Below are positions 1-9,489 of a stretch of DNA of 64,000 bases, one piece after another. The notes under the pieces are model-generated. The model was not told the origin of the DNA. It saw only the letters and a list, made by a program, of their open reading frames with translations, and made no database searches. How positions within the stretch are numbered: position 1 is the first letter of the stretch; every line of letters starts with the position of its first letter. Origin of the DNA: Epithemia pelagica (Eukaryota; Protista; Bacillariophyta); assembly GCA_946965045.2 (NCBI GenBank), contig OX337234.1, forward strand, positions 248,001-312,000, written 5' to 3'. Both the position numbers and the translations under genes were made by a program.

Positions 1-2
1 CA

Positions 3-3000
3 TTACCGACACTCGCACTCTACTGCTTTCCTACTCAAGAAACTGTCGATGCAACAGATGAATCAAAACATCATGATTCTCCACAAGATTATGATGCCGT
101 TTTCGATGACTCAAGTGACAACGAGTCTTTCCAAACCTCACAACAAGACCTCTCCACAACAGATAGGGCAACGATCGTCTCTACGTCATCGTCACGAGAA
201 CCATCTGACTACCCGTCGTCTAACACTGGAGACGACAGGACTATCGTCGTTGACAACTCCCAGTCACATCCACCAAGATCTCCACCATCCCAACGACGAA
301 GTAATCCTGTACCCTCACCAGTCAATACCACTACCGTTTCCAATACACAACAACTTTCTCCATCCAGAAACACACAATCTCCGAACACCGACACTCAGCA
401 CATCGCTTCCCCACCTGGTACTCTTCGAGAAAGGAGCCCACTCTCTCTCCAAAGTCCAAATCGCGATAGTGCAACATCTATAGATCCCCCGCTTTCGCCA
501 CAAAACCAGATCTCACTTCTTCAAGCAAGGATTGACTTACTGAAAGAAGAACGCCGCGAATTACTTCGACAAAAAAAAGCTCAACAGATTCAACTCAAGA
601 AAAAGGACGACAAAATGAGAAAAATGAGTGAGAAATTGAAATCAATGGAAGCTTTACAACAAGCTTTCTGCAATGTACCAAGATCGTGCACCGATGACGT
701 CAAGTCGGCACAGATTGTAGCGCACATAAAGATGGTGATTCTTAGAAGCGTGCAAAATCATGCCACTGACAGTCACAGAACAGAACTGTTCTTCAAACTG
801 CTTGTGGAAATGATGCTTTACGACGATATTCATGGGCTTCAGTTGAGAGACAAGATGATGGATACGTACCGACTCCACATGCGTCGGTATGTGTATTCTC
901 CTTTCCGAATATTGAAGGAGATGGATCTCGCGGGAGGAGTCCTCAACTACGAGGGACTCGAGATCCTTCGACGATGCGAGAACAATGGAGAGAGACATAA
1001 GCGGACGCTTATCCCGAGTTCTGGCTCTGTCAAGAAGATTGCAGCAATGATGGAGAGATTCGGCGCCGAAAAGATCCCCTTTCGAATGATCCGAAACTCC
1101 AAAGACGGAACAGAGGGGTTCTATTTCCGAGTAGCAGACATGGTTCGGGAAGTGATTCTTGCAAGAAAGGCAGTTGCAGAAGGCATGCTGAGGAATCTGA
1201 TGATGGCACAGACACTAGATGGTGCCACATTGACCAACTACACAAATCATACTCTTGCGGGGATTAAATTCAACGACAAATCCAACCCGCTAACGTCATC
1301 TCGGAACGACGTCACACCTTTGGTCTGCGTAATGGGCAGTGAAACCAAGGCAAACGTCCGAGGCATCTTTTCCGTCTTGTTTGCTGAAATCGCTGAGGCA
1401 GCGAACACCATCCTCCCACGATTACTTGGCATCCTCGCGTTATGGATCGTCACGAACTGTGACATGTCCTGCGAGTGGAAGCTTTGTGGTTGTGGGGGGG
1501 CTGCCAAGAATGCCAACTACCCGTGCACGAAATGCCCCATTCATAGCAAAGACCTGCATCTACGTGCCACTGACCAACCTTCAAAGTGCGAGTGGTGTGA
1601 GAAAATGGGTCACTTGGACGATGATCCTAACTGGGAGTGTCGGCATCATAAAATGCTGACCAAGGAGCATCGCGCCGCGTTGCAACGAGAAGTGAAATCG
1701 TTCGAAGCTGGACTACCTAAACATACGAAAGAATTGGAGACCATCTGGTCCAAATCCAAGATAACACCACATCTCGACCCGAGACTCCAATCCACTCCGA
1801 TGCAAAGAAAAGAGATTACGTCGATTCATTTCGATGTTTCAAAGGCCACTCGCAAGAGCCGTTCGACGTACACCCAGCATCTGACAAATGACCTAAAATT
1901 ACGGGGTCTGCCTTTAGATGGATCGATGATTGAGCGCCAAGAAAGGTTGAAGGTTCAATTGACGTCAGAGTGGGTTTATCGCGAATCGTCCGACGCTCTG
2001 AAGAAGTTTGGGAAAAACAATGCCAAGTCAGCATTGGTCGTCATGATGGACATGGTCCCTTGTATCTTGCATCTCGAGATACGAATGGGGATTAAAATCC
2101 TATCGATGTTGTTTAAGAGTGGAATGACAAACTCCAAACAAGGTATCCTACCATGGATGACGACTCACGATAAGTATTCGGACAAGACGGCTGCTGAGGC
2201 CTACAGAGACAAGGTCCAAGATTTGGCAAATCGGGAGATTCTCGGAACGGAAAAAAACGCACAGCAGTGGTTGTTCCCATATGATAAGGAGAAGCTACAG
2301 GTGGGGAAGGTGGTTCTCGATAACGGCCAAGTTCGGGACATGCTTCAATGCATCGTCAAGCTTGTAGTGGTCTCTATCGTGGATGGCGAACTCCAAGAAA
2401 AGTGGGTCCGCAGTGTGAGTCACTACTCGGAGGCAATCAGGCGTCTCAGATCCAAGGAGGATTTCACGGAAACACAGGTGTGGGAGTTCCAAAAACACGT
2501 GGATCTTTTTTTTAAGGAGTGGGTCGAGCTACATAACTCGGAAGGAGTGACCAATTATGGGCATATGCTTGGAGCGGGTCATATTGCCGAGTATTTACTT
2601 CATTGGAAGAACCTGGCAAGACATTCGCAACAAGGATGGGAGGGTAAGTTTATGTGAGAGCTTTGTGATCTTTACGAACCGGTTTCTCAAAGCAATACAG
2701 CTTTCAACAGTCTTTTCAAGTCCTTCTACTTCAGTAGGACGCAAAGGGGAGGGGCAGTGAACAAAGGGAAAGGACAACAGACACGCTTATTACCTATGGC
2801 AAGATGGATCCAACGACGGACTCTGTTTCTTGGGGAGTATACGGAACAGTTCATGCGAGATTACCTACTGAACTTGACAGAGACCGAACAGGAATACAAC
2901 AAGAATTGGGTTCGGAACTTGGGGGGGACCATCGAATTCGGCCAATTAATCTCTGATATGGTATCAGACGTTGCACAAGGCGAGGGGGAAGAACGAACAG

Positions 3001-3137
3001 ACCTGGTATTCGATTGGCATCTTGGTAAAGAGGATCTGTATGGCCAAACTGTCGACCAAGTGGAGAACAATATCAAACAGACTGCGGAACTTCTACGACA
3101 AATGGACGAAGATTCTGATGATAGTGATGATGAGTAA
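3..3137 (+). CDS. RAG1/Transib-like DDE transposase, 5'-truncated by the window edge; exons <3-2643 and 2701-3137
   Basis: The frame of ORF 615-2657 is open back to position 3. Motifs appear in RAG1 order: QTLDGA (D, 1218-1220), TNCDMS (D, 1461-1463) followed by YPCTKC, PCILHLEIR (H, 2070-2072), TNYGHMLGAGHIAE (H 2562, H 2580) and SQQGWE|AFNSLF (E, 2640-2642). Splicing out 2644-2700 joins it in frame to ORF 2757-3137, which ends in an acidic tail. Confidence 0.75.
2644..2700 (+). other. Predicted 57-nt GT-AG intron in the transposase gene
   Basis: GTAAGT donor at 2644 and ATACAG acceptor ending at 2700. Removal gives WEAFNSLFKSFYFSRTQRGG, in frame with the downstream ORF; retention hits TGA at 2655-2657. 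Confidence 0.7.
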
Positions 3138-3183
3138 TCTAGAAAGATGATCGTATTGTAATGATACTATGTACGAGTACTTA

Positions 3184-5073
3184 TTAGTTGTACTTATCGA
3201 TGTCATCTAAGATACGGTCGGAATGGGGACGAACCATGGTGATTTGGTGAGCGTCGTCAGCACCTTCCTTGTATAAAGGACCTGCGATTGGACGACAAAC
3301 GTAAAATGGTAGTCTGTTTGGAGGGAGGTAAATTTCCATGTCGATATAATGGGTCCTATCTTCCTCTGTGAGGTGTTCTCTGGGACACAATGTGGTGGTA
3401 TACAATTCGCCCGACACGCGGTGTTGAAGCAAGAAACGAAGACTGGGGTATCCACTGATGATTTGGACAACCTCAATCACAGACTCGTCTTTCATGAACT
3501 GATCACCGACGTAAATGCTCTTGCCCTTCACTGTTGCTTTTGCCCGGGAGTCCAGCGAAACCAATTCCAGACGGTCTTCTCTTCGGGGTTCGACAGTATT
3601 GTCATTGAGCCATTCTTCGTCACGGCTTGAATTGGTTTTGTTCGCTGGGCTCGGACTCATTGCCACGGGGGGGAGCTTGTACGGGGTGGTGTTGTCGTCG
3701 GAAAGGTCAGATGATGCATTCGATTCGCTGCTTCCATTCTTGGGGTCCGCAATAGTTTCTCCAGCCCTTGTAACATAGTAAACTGTCTCGGGGTGTTCTC
3801 CGGAATCCGAACCAGTAAGGATTGCCTGTAGATGACGTGTAGGGGCGTCACGTTTGAGTTGGTCGCTAGTGCCAATGGTATCATAGGTGTACTTTTCAAA
3901 AGCAACGGTAACACGAACCTGGTTGGGAGAAAACATGAAGTCTACTCGCTGTTGTTTCGAGCGACGTTTGAATTCTTGAGGAGACTCTGCTTCTTCCTGG
4001 CCTCGGACAACGGTCAATGTATGCCCGCGTTTGAGAGACATTCCACGGTCTCCGTCAGATAAAGTTGGACGGGATTCGGTTGAGCCATAGATGGCACTAA
4101 TACCAAGAAAGGAACGGAGAAGATGAAGGTCGTCACACGAAATGAAACGGAGGAACCCACTTTCGTACTTGAATTTCAATTTACGGCGGGTCAATTTTTC
4201 GTCCAATACCAAATAAGCCTCTGTATTAGAAATAGAGTGACAAGTGAGAGTCTGTACTGTAGAGTTTGCCAGAACGTGGATGTAGTTAAATACTTCCAAA
4301 GGAATGGCACCGATTGAAATGGATTGGGTGTGACGCTCTTCGAGAGCTCCACTTCGACGATTCATAATCTTCATGATTGCTTTTCGAAGCTGAAACAGGC
4401 CTGTCCAAATGTTCTTATGCAGGCATCGAGGACAGACGATTAGATCGTCGGGGTCTCGCTTTACATAGTCCGTAGGGAAACAACGGACTTCTTCATCTTT
4501 GATAGGAACTAAACGAACCACTCCGCCGATTTTCTTTTGCTTGTATCGAACAACGTAAACATTCCGCATTCCTTCGGCCCAGGAGTTCTTGGGATCTTGC
4601 AAGTCATGGAGGTTGAAGACGAAAGCAGGGTACATGATTTCAGTCTTGTAGGTGATTGGGTGGCTGCCGTCGATAAAGACAGATGCTTTGTAGAGTTCAA
4701 TGCATTGAGAACCGGGGCCGTGTTCGATGGGAGTAAAGTCATGATCGGGGATTTCGGGGTGGCATTCGAGTTTTTTCTTGGGAAATAAGGGGAAAAACAA
4801 GGAAAGGGCAGGTGCTCCTGTTTCATCGTTGCGTTCGATGCGAGACACGGTTGTGGTGAAATGGTCTTGCTTGGGGAGAAGAAGGTGAGCAAAGGTTTCC
4901 AATCTGAAGGAGTCTTCCATGTGCGGCACATAAAGCGGACGGTTGAAATCAGAATCAGAGGTAGTCGGCATCGTGATTGTCTTGTTGTCTTCAAAGGAAA
5001 ATTGTTGTGAAGAAGAGAGTGGGTGGGTTGATTGTTGATCGTCTTTACGTTCTGGTACATTGGTTCCGTTCAT
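3184..5073 (-). CDS. 629-aa protein of unknown function, convergent with the transposase; probable element-encoded partner
   Basis: Long uninterrupted ORF with globular-looking sequence and an S/N/D-rich linker. Its stop lies 46 bp from the transposase stop. No domain recognised. Confidence 0.75.
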   Translation of the reverse strand: MNGTNVPERKDDQQSTHPLSSSQQFSFEDNKTITMPTTSDSDFNRPLYVPHMEDSFRLETFAHLLLPKQDHFTTTVSRIERNDETGAPALSLFFPLFPKKKLECHPEIPDHDFTPIEHGPGSQCIELYKASVFIDGSHPITYKTEIMYPAFVFNLHDLQDPKNSWAEGMRNVYVVRYKQKKIGGVVRLVPIKDEEVRCFPTDYVKRDPDDLIVCPRCLHKNIWTGLFQLRKAIMKIMNRRSGALEERHTQSISIGAIPLEVFNYIHVLANSTVQTLTCHSISNTEAYLVLDEKLTRRKLKFKYESGFLRFISCDDLHLLRSFLGISAIYGSTESRPTLSDGDRGMSLKRGHTLTVVRGQEEAESPQEFKRRSKQQRVDFMFSPNQVRVTVAFEKYTYDTIGTSDQLKRDAPTRHLQAILTGSDSGEHPETVYYVTRAGETIADPKNGSSESNASSDLSDDNTTPYKLPPVAMSPSPANKTNSSRDEEWLNDNTVEPRREDRLELVSLDSRAKATVKGKSIYVGDQFMKDESVIEVVQIISGYPSLRFLLQHRVSGELYTTTLCPREHLTEEDRTHYIDMEIYLPPNRLPFYVCRPIAGPLYKEGADDAHQITMVRPHSDRILDDIDKYN

Positions 5074-5280
5074 GGATCAAGGGGTCCGAGATCGTCTATG
5101 CATTGGAGGTAGGTTGGATGGAGGCAGTACCGGTAAAGAAAAAGTGAGAAGAAGTTCGTACCGTTGATAAAAAAAAGGTTAAATGTTGTACGTGGTTTAA
5201 GTCACAGTTTCGGTGTCTAGAGTTGGTTGTTTAAGAAGAAATTTGCGCGCGGGCACGTAGAAAAGGTGCGCCGGTATGGT

Positions 5281-5329
5281 TGGGGGTACGTTTTGGCACG
5301 TGTAGGTGAGGGAAATTGGTACCGAAGTG
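5281..5329 (-). repeat. Candidate right terminal inverted repeat
   Basis: The minus strand reads CACTTCG-25 nt-GCCAAAACG inward from 5329. A 5'-CAC start is typical of Transib TIRs and RSS heptamers. The partner end is not visible. Confidence 0.3.
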
Positions 5330-5384
5330 CTCCTATTGGAAAAAGAGGATACACTTCAATAAGTTAGAATAACAAATAGAGATC

Positions 5385-8300
5385 ATGAGTTCTGCAGCAC
5401 AATTCACAGCGGCCAAGGCCATGGGGCCACAGTCGCAACGATACGGAAATCAGTACTCTCGTTGGCCAAAGAAGAGTTGGAAGAAGCGTTCAGGTTGGAG
5501 AAAGATGGACCTTTCGGTCATCTTTGAGTCCGACATTGACTGCCCCATCTGCAGGGCCAAGGCAAGAGGAATGGCCATCCCTCATCGCCCTCACCACCCC
5601 AGATGTAGCAAAAACACAACAACAAGGGGCAAGGGAATGAACGATGGAAGAGGAGCAGAGGTAGTGGCCTCAGAAAAGGCCCAGGCTGCCCATGCCAAAG
5701 CAATCCGCAAGCAACTTACCAGTGCAGAGAGATTGTCCGCCTCCAATGTCACACAGGAGGCACTCAACACTTTCATGGAGCATCGTCCAAATTGCTCGTC
5801 GAAAAAAGCAACGACAAGAGACGCTGAAAATGAAAAAACACAATCAACTACGGAGACTACGGCAACGGAAAGTTCTACCGTTGGTGGCGAGGAAGGCGTG
5901 TATGTTCCAACAGCCGAAGATTTCAAGTTTGAGGTAATTATGCGTGTGACAGCAGTACCTACGGAGGTGCATGTCCCACGTGCTGTGCATGCGTTGGCGA
6001 GTTATGTGACCGACACGTGCCTTGGTTCTAAGCGTTGTGTTGAGAATTTGAAACCTTTCTTCACTAATATTACCGTTACTGTACCCCCCATTGCCGACAA
6101 CACGAGTGCTTTGTACGACTCGATTGTGGGACAGGAACTCCTGGTTGTTGATTGGGAGCTGTTTTTCCCCAGTCACCACTTGCGTTGTCCTCGTTGCCGG
6201 GGTAATCTCCAGCGTACGCGATCGAACTTTTCAAAAAACAAGTCCCTTTTCCCCATTTTCGCCATATCTGGTCCCCCAAAGTATGCAATACTTATGGGAT
6301 ACAAGTGTGCCGGGTGCTCGGCTGCCTTCTATGCGAATGATGGAGAATTGCTCGCACGACTGCCTCCCTACATGGCTATGTGTTACCCAGTGAAATCCAA
6401 GTATTCTAGAGGAACATCGCATCTAGCTAAAGATGCTACGAGGATTATGGAAGCATCAATGGTAACCTATGGCAATGGGGATTACATCAGTCGGATGCTA
6501 TATGAAGGAATCAACACCTACTATGAAGACAAGACAATGAGATACTATTCTTATTGTGCTGCTACAGGAAAAGAATCAGAAGACTACGTGCAAAAGGATG
6601 GTGAGTTTCTGGTTCGCTACCCACCTTTAGGCGAGACAATCCGCCAGCTATATGATGATGGAGCTAGCTCCGAATGGCAACCCTGGATGGTGTCGGACAA
6701 TGAGAGAAACACAAGAGAGATTCAAGGGGTTAGATGCCAGCACATGTTTGCTCACGACCACACCCACCAGGTAGTGAAAAATTATCCAAGACGCCTCAAT
6801 GCAGCTGCAATGTGGACCATGGCAACAGAGGCAGGAGAAATTGCTTGTGCAGTGTTAGTGCACGACACATCAGCACTCGAGTTTGCACATGCTGCGGAAC
6901 AAGTGCTGAGACGTACCGGGTTTTGCCCCAAGGCCATGTACTCTGACACATGGCCTTGTGGCAAGGATTTTTGGTTGTTGTTGGTTGATGACTTGGAGGG
7001 CCGTCTTGGCCTTTTCCATTTCATACAGAGGATCACCAAGACGCTCAGACAACGGCACATTGACTTTGGGATAGCCATGAAGGATTTGTTGGATGCAATC
7101 TACGAGTACCATCCTGAAGACTTGGAGAAACTTGTTGGTTCTTTGAAAAATGGAACCATGTCAAGCTCCAAGAAACAATACACAGACGAAGAGATCAGTG
7201 AAATGATGGGAACAAAGACCTTTCGACAGAGGTACTCAAAGAACTTACGGAAGATTATTCGGGGTGGCGATACCATTGTCCTCAAGTTGGAGGAGTGGAA
7301 GTGCAAATACAAGTGCACTTCCACTCCTGGCAAGCCACCAGCACGAGGCCGATTGGATCCACACTCCAATCAACCTCTTTTTACGGCCGAAACACATCAA
7401 GCACTGGAAAACTGTAAAGAGAAGGCAAAGTTCCTTGCTGATCCCTTGCCCGTGGAGAAAATGTATCGTGAGATACCTCCATCACCAAGATCAAGCAACC
7501 AGCTGGTGGAGTACGTACCTTTGAGAGGAGAGAGTAAGCTCGAGAGCTTTCATGACAATTTGACGCATTTTGCCAACTGTGGCATGCGAGAAACTCTCGC
7601 AGATGCTTTGAATTTGGCAGGCACGGCCCAGTATAACAGGGCAGTTTGTCACAAGATGAGAATCATGACGAAGTCTCAAGAAGAACGTTCAGTGGTGCCT
7701 GCAGGATGGGAAATGGTGGTGAGTTTTGGTAACGCATGCAAAACAAACATGATCAATATACTTGCCTCGATGTCTGGAGCTTCTCGTCCTCCCTTTCCAG
7801 AGGTTGAGAAGCTTCCAGAAGATACAGGAGAACGGTTTTTCTCCGAGTACCTGGAAACGAGAAAAGAAATCACGCAACAAGTTCCAAAGCATCCACTCAA
7901 CGATCGATGCCAGTGCCGAAAATGTGCGAGCAACAAGAAGAGGTTGCCGCATGACACGTCCATTCCATTGTTGGGTTTGGCAGAGGAGGAGTCAGAGGTC
8001 GAAGATGAAATCCAACAACAGGACAGCGAGGAGAATCCAGCCAAAATACAACAACCAGAGACACAGCCAGAAACACAACAACAGACACGGCAAGAAACAC
8101 AACAACAGACACAACAACAAGAAACAGCACAAGCACAGGCAATCAGTAGCAATAAGAGAAAGGAAAGAGAGCGAGAAGAAAAAGAGAGCGACGATTTGGA
8201 TGAGAACAACACCAGCAACAAAAAGCAAAAGGTTACAAACAACAGCGAAGCCTTACCAACAACAACGATGGCAGCAACAAATCAATCAGCAGCGACAGTG

Positions 8301-8717
8301 CAGGATCAACAACAACAACACAAAGAGCCTCAAAATGCAGCAAACAGGACACCTGCAATGGCAACAACAGCAAATGGGTTGGTGGTACTGCAATCGACAA
8401 CAACAACAACGACAACAAGACAGAAAAACCAACCTGTCAACCCGTACAAGCAAAATCAGCAACGGCCAACAACACTCCCCGATCAACAGCAATACCCCTT
8501 TGCATTCAACAGCAATCCCCATGGCTGGGGTGGTCTTCAATCCGTCCCGAGATGTATGCCCACCTTTCCTCCCTTCGGACCACCACCTCGTGTCCAGACC
8601 CAGTTCTGTTGCGTCAAGTACATGAAGTACTGCGTAGAACGAGGGAAAGGACGTCCACCCCATGACCGACGCTGCCCCAAACGAGCCTTGAACAAGGCAC
8701 CATCTTCATTCTCTTGA
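5385..8717 (+). CDS. 1110-aa zinc-finger/DDE transposase-like protein, copy 1
   Basis: Cys/His clusters (CPIC..HHPRC; CPRC..YKCAGC; CQCRKC; C-terminal CC..H..C). Candidate D-D-H-E core: AHDHT, YSDTWP, GLFHFIQRI, RGESKLESFH. Q/T/E-rich tail. Confidence 0.65.
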   Translation: MSSAAQFTAAKAMGPQSQRYGNQYSRWPKKSWKKRSGWRKMDLSVIFESDIDCPICRAKARGMAIPHRPHHPRCSKNTTTRGKGMNDGRGAEVVASEKAQAAHAKAIRKQLTSAERLSASNVTQEALNTFMEHRPNCSSKKATTRDAENEKTQSTTETTATESSTVGGEEGVYVPTAEDFKFEVIMRVTAVPTEVHVPRAVHALASYVTDTCLGSKRCVENLKPFFTNITVTVPPIADNTSALYDSIVGQELLVVDWELFFPSHHLRCPRCRGNLQRTRSNFSKNKSLFPIFAISGPPKYAILMGYKCAGCSAAFYANDGELLARLPPYMAMCYPVKSKYSRGTSHLAKDATRIMEASMVTYGNGDYISRMLYEGINTYYEDKTMRYYSYCAATGKESEDYVQKDGEFLVRYPPLGETIRQLYDDGASSEWQPWMVSDNERNTREIQGVRCQHMFAHDHTHQVVKNYPRRLNAAAMWTMATEAGEIACAVLVHDTSALEFAHAAEQVLRRTGFCPKAMYSDTWPCGKDFWLLLVDDLEGRLGLFHFIQRITKTLRQRHIDFGIAMKDLLDAIYEYHPEDLEKLVGSLKNGTMSSSKKQYTDEEISEMMGTKTFRQRYSKNLRKIIRGGDTIVLKLEEWKCKYKCTSTPGKPPARGRLDPHSNQPLFTAETHQALENCKEKAKFLADPLPVEKMYREIPPSPRSSNQLVEYVPLRGESKLESFHDNLTHFANCGMRETLADALNLAGTAQYNRAVCHKMRIMTKSQEERSVVPAGWEMVVSFGNACKTNMINILASMSGASRPPFPEVEKLPEDTGERFFSEYLETRKEITQQVPKHPLNDRCQCRKCASNKKRLPHDTSIPLLGLAEEESEVEDEIQQQDSEENPAKIQQPETQPETQQQTRQETQQQTQQQETAQAQAISSNKRKEREREEKESDDLDENNTSNKKQKVTNNSEALPTTTMAATNQSAATVQDQQQQHKEPQNAANRTPAMATTANGLVVLQSTTTTTTTRQKNQPVNPYKQNQQRPTTLPDQQQYPFAFNSNPHGWGGLQSVPRCMPTFPPFGPPPRVQTQFCCVKYMKYCVERGKGRPPHDRRCPKRALNKAPSSFS

Positions 8718-9109
8718 TTGACCTGAATACCTGCATGACAAACAACAAAAAGAAAAATTCGTAGTGAGTAACATCGTAGCAAAAAGAATTATGACAAGAT
8801 CTTGTGCGAGGTGCAAGCAGTTCCGATTGTGATGCGAAGCACAGACTGGATACGCCTCATCACATGCTACGTAGAACCACGTGAAAGGTCATCGGATGGT
8901 CGGGAGGATTGTACCAGTGTAGAATGTCGTTTCAATAACAAAAAGGTGCTGAAACGACATGAAGGACTTAATCGTTTTGGAGGGGAAGTGCCTTCTCCCC
9001 TCTGAGGGAAGCTTGGAGCTTCCTAGAACATTTCATACGTCAGAGGAAACAAACGTGAGACTGCGAGCAATACGCGGATCGATTTCATGAAGGAATCTGA
9101 CTTACGGAA

Positions 9110-9171
9110 TCTCCTTCTTCTCTCCTTCTCTCTCCCCCTCCTCTCCCCCTCTCCTCTGCCTTCTCCCCCCT
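9110..9171 (+). repeat. 62-nt polypyrimidine (CT) tract near the end of each array unit (also 13215-13276, 17320-17381, 21425-21487)
   Basis: Only one purine in 62 nt. Confidence 0.9.
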
Positions 9172-9400
9172 ATTTTCGCTCGGGGGTGTTAGTTTCAAAA
9201 GGCAGCAATATGATTGGGTTAGAAATGTCGTTTCACAAAAAATCACTTAGGAAACAAATGTCGTTACAAGTGTCTTACCGTGTCCCGGGAACCCATCGAA
9301 TCACGGACAAAAAACATGGAGGGAAGATTCCATCAGCCGATCCGGTCGGTCCTTCACGGTCGCCCATGGCATGGCCAAGTCGACCATTGCGACAAGTCCT

Positions 9401-9440
9401 CTTCTGACCATCTCATGACCCTTTTGAGCATGGTCAGAAG
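9401..9440. repeat. Inverted repeat at array junction 1
   Basis: CTTCTGACCAT-CTCA [TGACCCTTT] TGAG-C-ATGGTCAGAAG: perfect 11-bp arms plus 4 more bp with one bulge. Confidence 0.85.
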
Positions 9441-9489
9441 CCTGGAAAAGAGGATACACTTCAATAAGTTAGAATAACAAATAGAGATC

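Larger units (their letters stand above)
1..5329. mobile_element. Putative two-gene Transib/RAG-like DNA transposon (left end outside the window)
   Basis: RAG1-like transposase, a convergent ORF and a candidate CAC-initiated terminus at 5329. No paired TIR or TSD can be verified in this window. Confidence 0.5.

Noticed and set aside
49-483. 144-aa ORF at the window start
   Set aside because: It is an alternate-frame shadow; the frame starting at position 3 is open and continuous with the transposase.
7762-8625. 287-aa overlapping ORF and the antisense Cys-rich ORFs in each array unit
   Set aside because: They are by-products of the CAA/ACA-rich low-complexity region of the main ORF.
9185-9196. 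12-mer GGTGTTAGTTTC shared by the array spacer and the Copia target site (29032, 45120)
   Set aside because: Many 12-mer matches are expected by chance in 64 kb, and this one does not extend.
9401-9445. Hairpin plus CTGG as a Helitron 3' end
   Set aside because: The unit encodes no HUH Rep or PIF1 helicase motifs that I can see, and there is no TC 5' end or A/T target.
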